From NCBI GenBank assembly GCA_963836185.1, contig CAWIIQ010000002.1:288001-352000 (forward strand): DNA of 64,000 nt. The letters run 5' to 3'. Shown piece after piece: positions 62,455 to 64,000 of the stretch. Position numbers and translations under genes: made by a program. How positions within the stretch are numbered: position 1 is the stretch's first letter; each line of letters starts with the position of its first letter. The notes beneath the pieces were generated by a model. The model searched no databases, was not told the origin of the DNA, and saw nothing but the letters and a program-made list of their open reading frames with translations. Source of the DNA: Candidatus Krumholzibacteriia bacterium. Its GTDB lineage: Bacteria; Krumholzibacteriota; Krumholzibacteriia; Krumholzibacteriales; Krumholzibacteriaceae.

Positions 62455-63314
62455 CGGATCTGCTTCAGGTGTCGGCACTCATCATCCTCGCCGTCGCCGC
62501 TCTCTACGCCTTCTGGCATCACCGGTGGGGGTATCCCGGCCGCGAGATCCCCGGGGTGCTCACATATCACAAGGTGATCGATTTCGAGCTCGGGGGGACC
62601 TGGATCAGCCCCCGCAGGTTCGAGGGGCATATCAGATCGCTTATCGATTCCGGATACAGCTTTATCGATGAGACGGCGTTCCTCGAGACTGTCGAAGAAA
62701 CGAGGCAGGCCGCGGAGAAGGAGATCCTCCTTACATTCGATGACGGTTACGACTGCGTAGCGCGCAGCGCTGCCCCGGTACTCGAGAGCCTGGGCGTTCC
62801 GGCGCTCGTCTTTCTCGTCTCCGGATTCGCTGGCAGGGAGAACAGCTGGGAACTCGACCTGCCCGGGAGAAAAGCGCGGCACATGGACTGGGAGACGGTG
62901 AACACTCTTCTCTCGGGGAACTTTTCTTTCGGTTCGCACTGCGAGAACCATCTGCCGCTGACCCGCCTTCCGCGTGGGGAGGCGCTGCGTGAGATGGCGA
63001 GATCGAAGGAAGAGATCGAGAGGCGCACCGGCACCCGGGTCCAGAGCCTCTCCTATCCGTTCGGAAGGACGGACCGGGATATCGCCCTGCTCGCGGCGGA
63101 AGCGGGCTACAGGGCCGCTTTCACCCTCTATCCATCAGGAAGCGCGGCGGAGACCGACCCTTTCCGCCTCAGGCGCGACGGGGTCTGGGTGATCGACACG
63201 CCAGTGACTGTAAAGATCAAGCTTTCACGCGCAGGGCTCTTCTGGCTCGAGGATATCAAGGGGCGGATGATAAACGCCGTCGCCGACCTGACTCCGCTTC
63301 TCAAGAAAAGATAA
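62451..63314 (+). CDS. polysaccharide deacetylase (NodB/CE4) with N-terminal membrane anchor
   Basis: LTYHK, LTFDDGY, GSHCENH, SYPFG. Confidence 0.9.
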   Translation: MTDLLQVSALIILAVAALYAFWHHRWGYPGREIPGVLTYHKVIDFELGGTWISPRRFEGHIRSLIDSGYSFIDETAFLETVEETRQAAEKEILLTFDDGYDCVARSAAPVLESLGVPALVFLVSGFAGRENSWELDLPGRKARHMDWETVNTLLSGNFSFGSHCENHLPLTRLPRGEALREMARSKEEIERRTGTRVQSLSYPFGRTDRDIALLAAEAGYRAAFTLYPSGSAAETDPFRLRRDGVWVIDTPVTVKIKLSRAGLFWLEDIKGRMINAVADLTPLLKKR

Positions 63315-63326
63315 GATCGATGTGGA

Positions 63327-64000
63327 TCATTCGCGGGCCAGAGCATAATCGCGTCCGCTGTCGCCCATCCTGTACACGATGCCTGACTGGTGGACCTGCG
63401 ATATCGTGTCGCGGGTGACGAACTTCCTGACGACGAGTATCTCGAGCGTAAAGGGATAGGTGCCCTTGACGGCGAAGTATTCCTCGAGGCCTTCGCTTAC
63501 CGTTGCCTCGAGCCGCCGCAGCTGGAATTCCGGGAGATCGGCCGACAGCATCCCTTCGCCGGATGAAGCCGCCGCCCTGGAATCGCTCGAGAAGGCCTCG
63601 GCGGTCCATCCCGGCGGCAGGATCGCGGGCACGACATATTCACCGGCAAAGAAGCATGCGATAAGCATGAAGACTACAGCGAGGGTCGGAGCGAATTTCT
63701 TTCCGCTCTTTGCTTTCTCTTCGAGGACCTCTTCCTCGATCTGCTCGGCTACCGGGCTCGTGTCCTTCGTGATCTCGAGCAGCTCTTTCTCGAGCAGGAG
63801 CTTGAGGGCCTCATAGGTGCTGAACCTCGCCATACGGGAGTGCGCCATCAGCTCGGATATGCTCGTCTCTTCGGACAGCATGTTGTAGAGGACCTCTTCG
63901 TTCTTCTCCAGCTTGGCGCTGCTGCCCGTCGGCGCGGGAAGCCGGCGAACGACTATCTCATCCGAAGGGAATATCCTCTGCATCTCGGGGAGCTCATCGA
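63327..64000 (-). CDS. membrane-anchored protein, probably the C-terminal part of a DUF4388-type protein (5' end outside window)
   Basis: Open frame runs to the window edge; winged-helix-like SISELMAHSRMARFSTYEALKLLLEKELLEI followed by one TM helix. Confidence 0.55.
   Translation of the reverse strand, partial: DELPEMQRIFPSDEIVVRRLPAPTGSSAKLEKNEEVLYNMLSEETSISELMAHSRMARFSTYEALKLLLEKELLEITKDTSPVAEQIEEEVLEEKAKSGKKFAPTLAVVFMLIACFFAGEYVVPAILPPGWTAEAFSSDSRAAASSGEGMLSADLPEFQLRRLEATVSEGLEEYFAVKGTYPFTLEILVVRKFVTRDTISQVHQSGIVYRMGDSGRDYALARE

Overview
This is a GC-rich bacterial chromosome segment made up mostly of core genes, nearly all on the + strand. In order: a small accessory envelope cluster (secreted hypothetical, PorT-like barrel fusion, aqpZ, GlsB/YeaQ, TSP3-OmpA); rplU-rpmA; an MBL hydrolase; split class I fumarase; the Kdo/LPS cluster (kdsB-pyrG-kdsA-kdsD, an inserted giant permease/M1-like gene, lpxL-lptC-lptB); rpoN-lipA-hpf-hprK; a complete mannose-family PTS interrupted by a GH57 4-alpha-glucanotransferase; PGI/PMI, a nucleotidyltransferase, and metK-ahcY. 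A minus-strand block follows with four tandem GWxTD-domain paralogues behind lptF-lptG. It is divergent from a ~6.5 kb SprA/Sov (type IX secretion translocon) homologue that is directly followed by a glutaminyl-cyclase-like M28 lipoprotein. The window ends with rimP-nusA-infB-DUF503-rbfA-nrnA-truB-ribF-rpsO-pnp-M16-dut-deacetylase and a partial DUF4388-like gene. Gene content suggests a diderm, probably anaerobic, FCB-related candidate phylum such as Krumholzibacteriota/Latescibacterota (inference only). Many conserved genes carry single-base insertions, most likely long-read consensus errors. I saw no rRNA, tRNA, CRISPR or transposase. The best candidate for an undescribed system is the GWxTD array / LptFG / SprA / glutaminyl cyclase locus (33.3-50.0 kb). 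A consensus sigma54 site upstream of the rpoN-containing operon and a palindrome-dense spacer at 32.85-33.3 kb also stand out.
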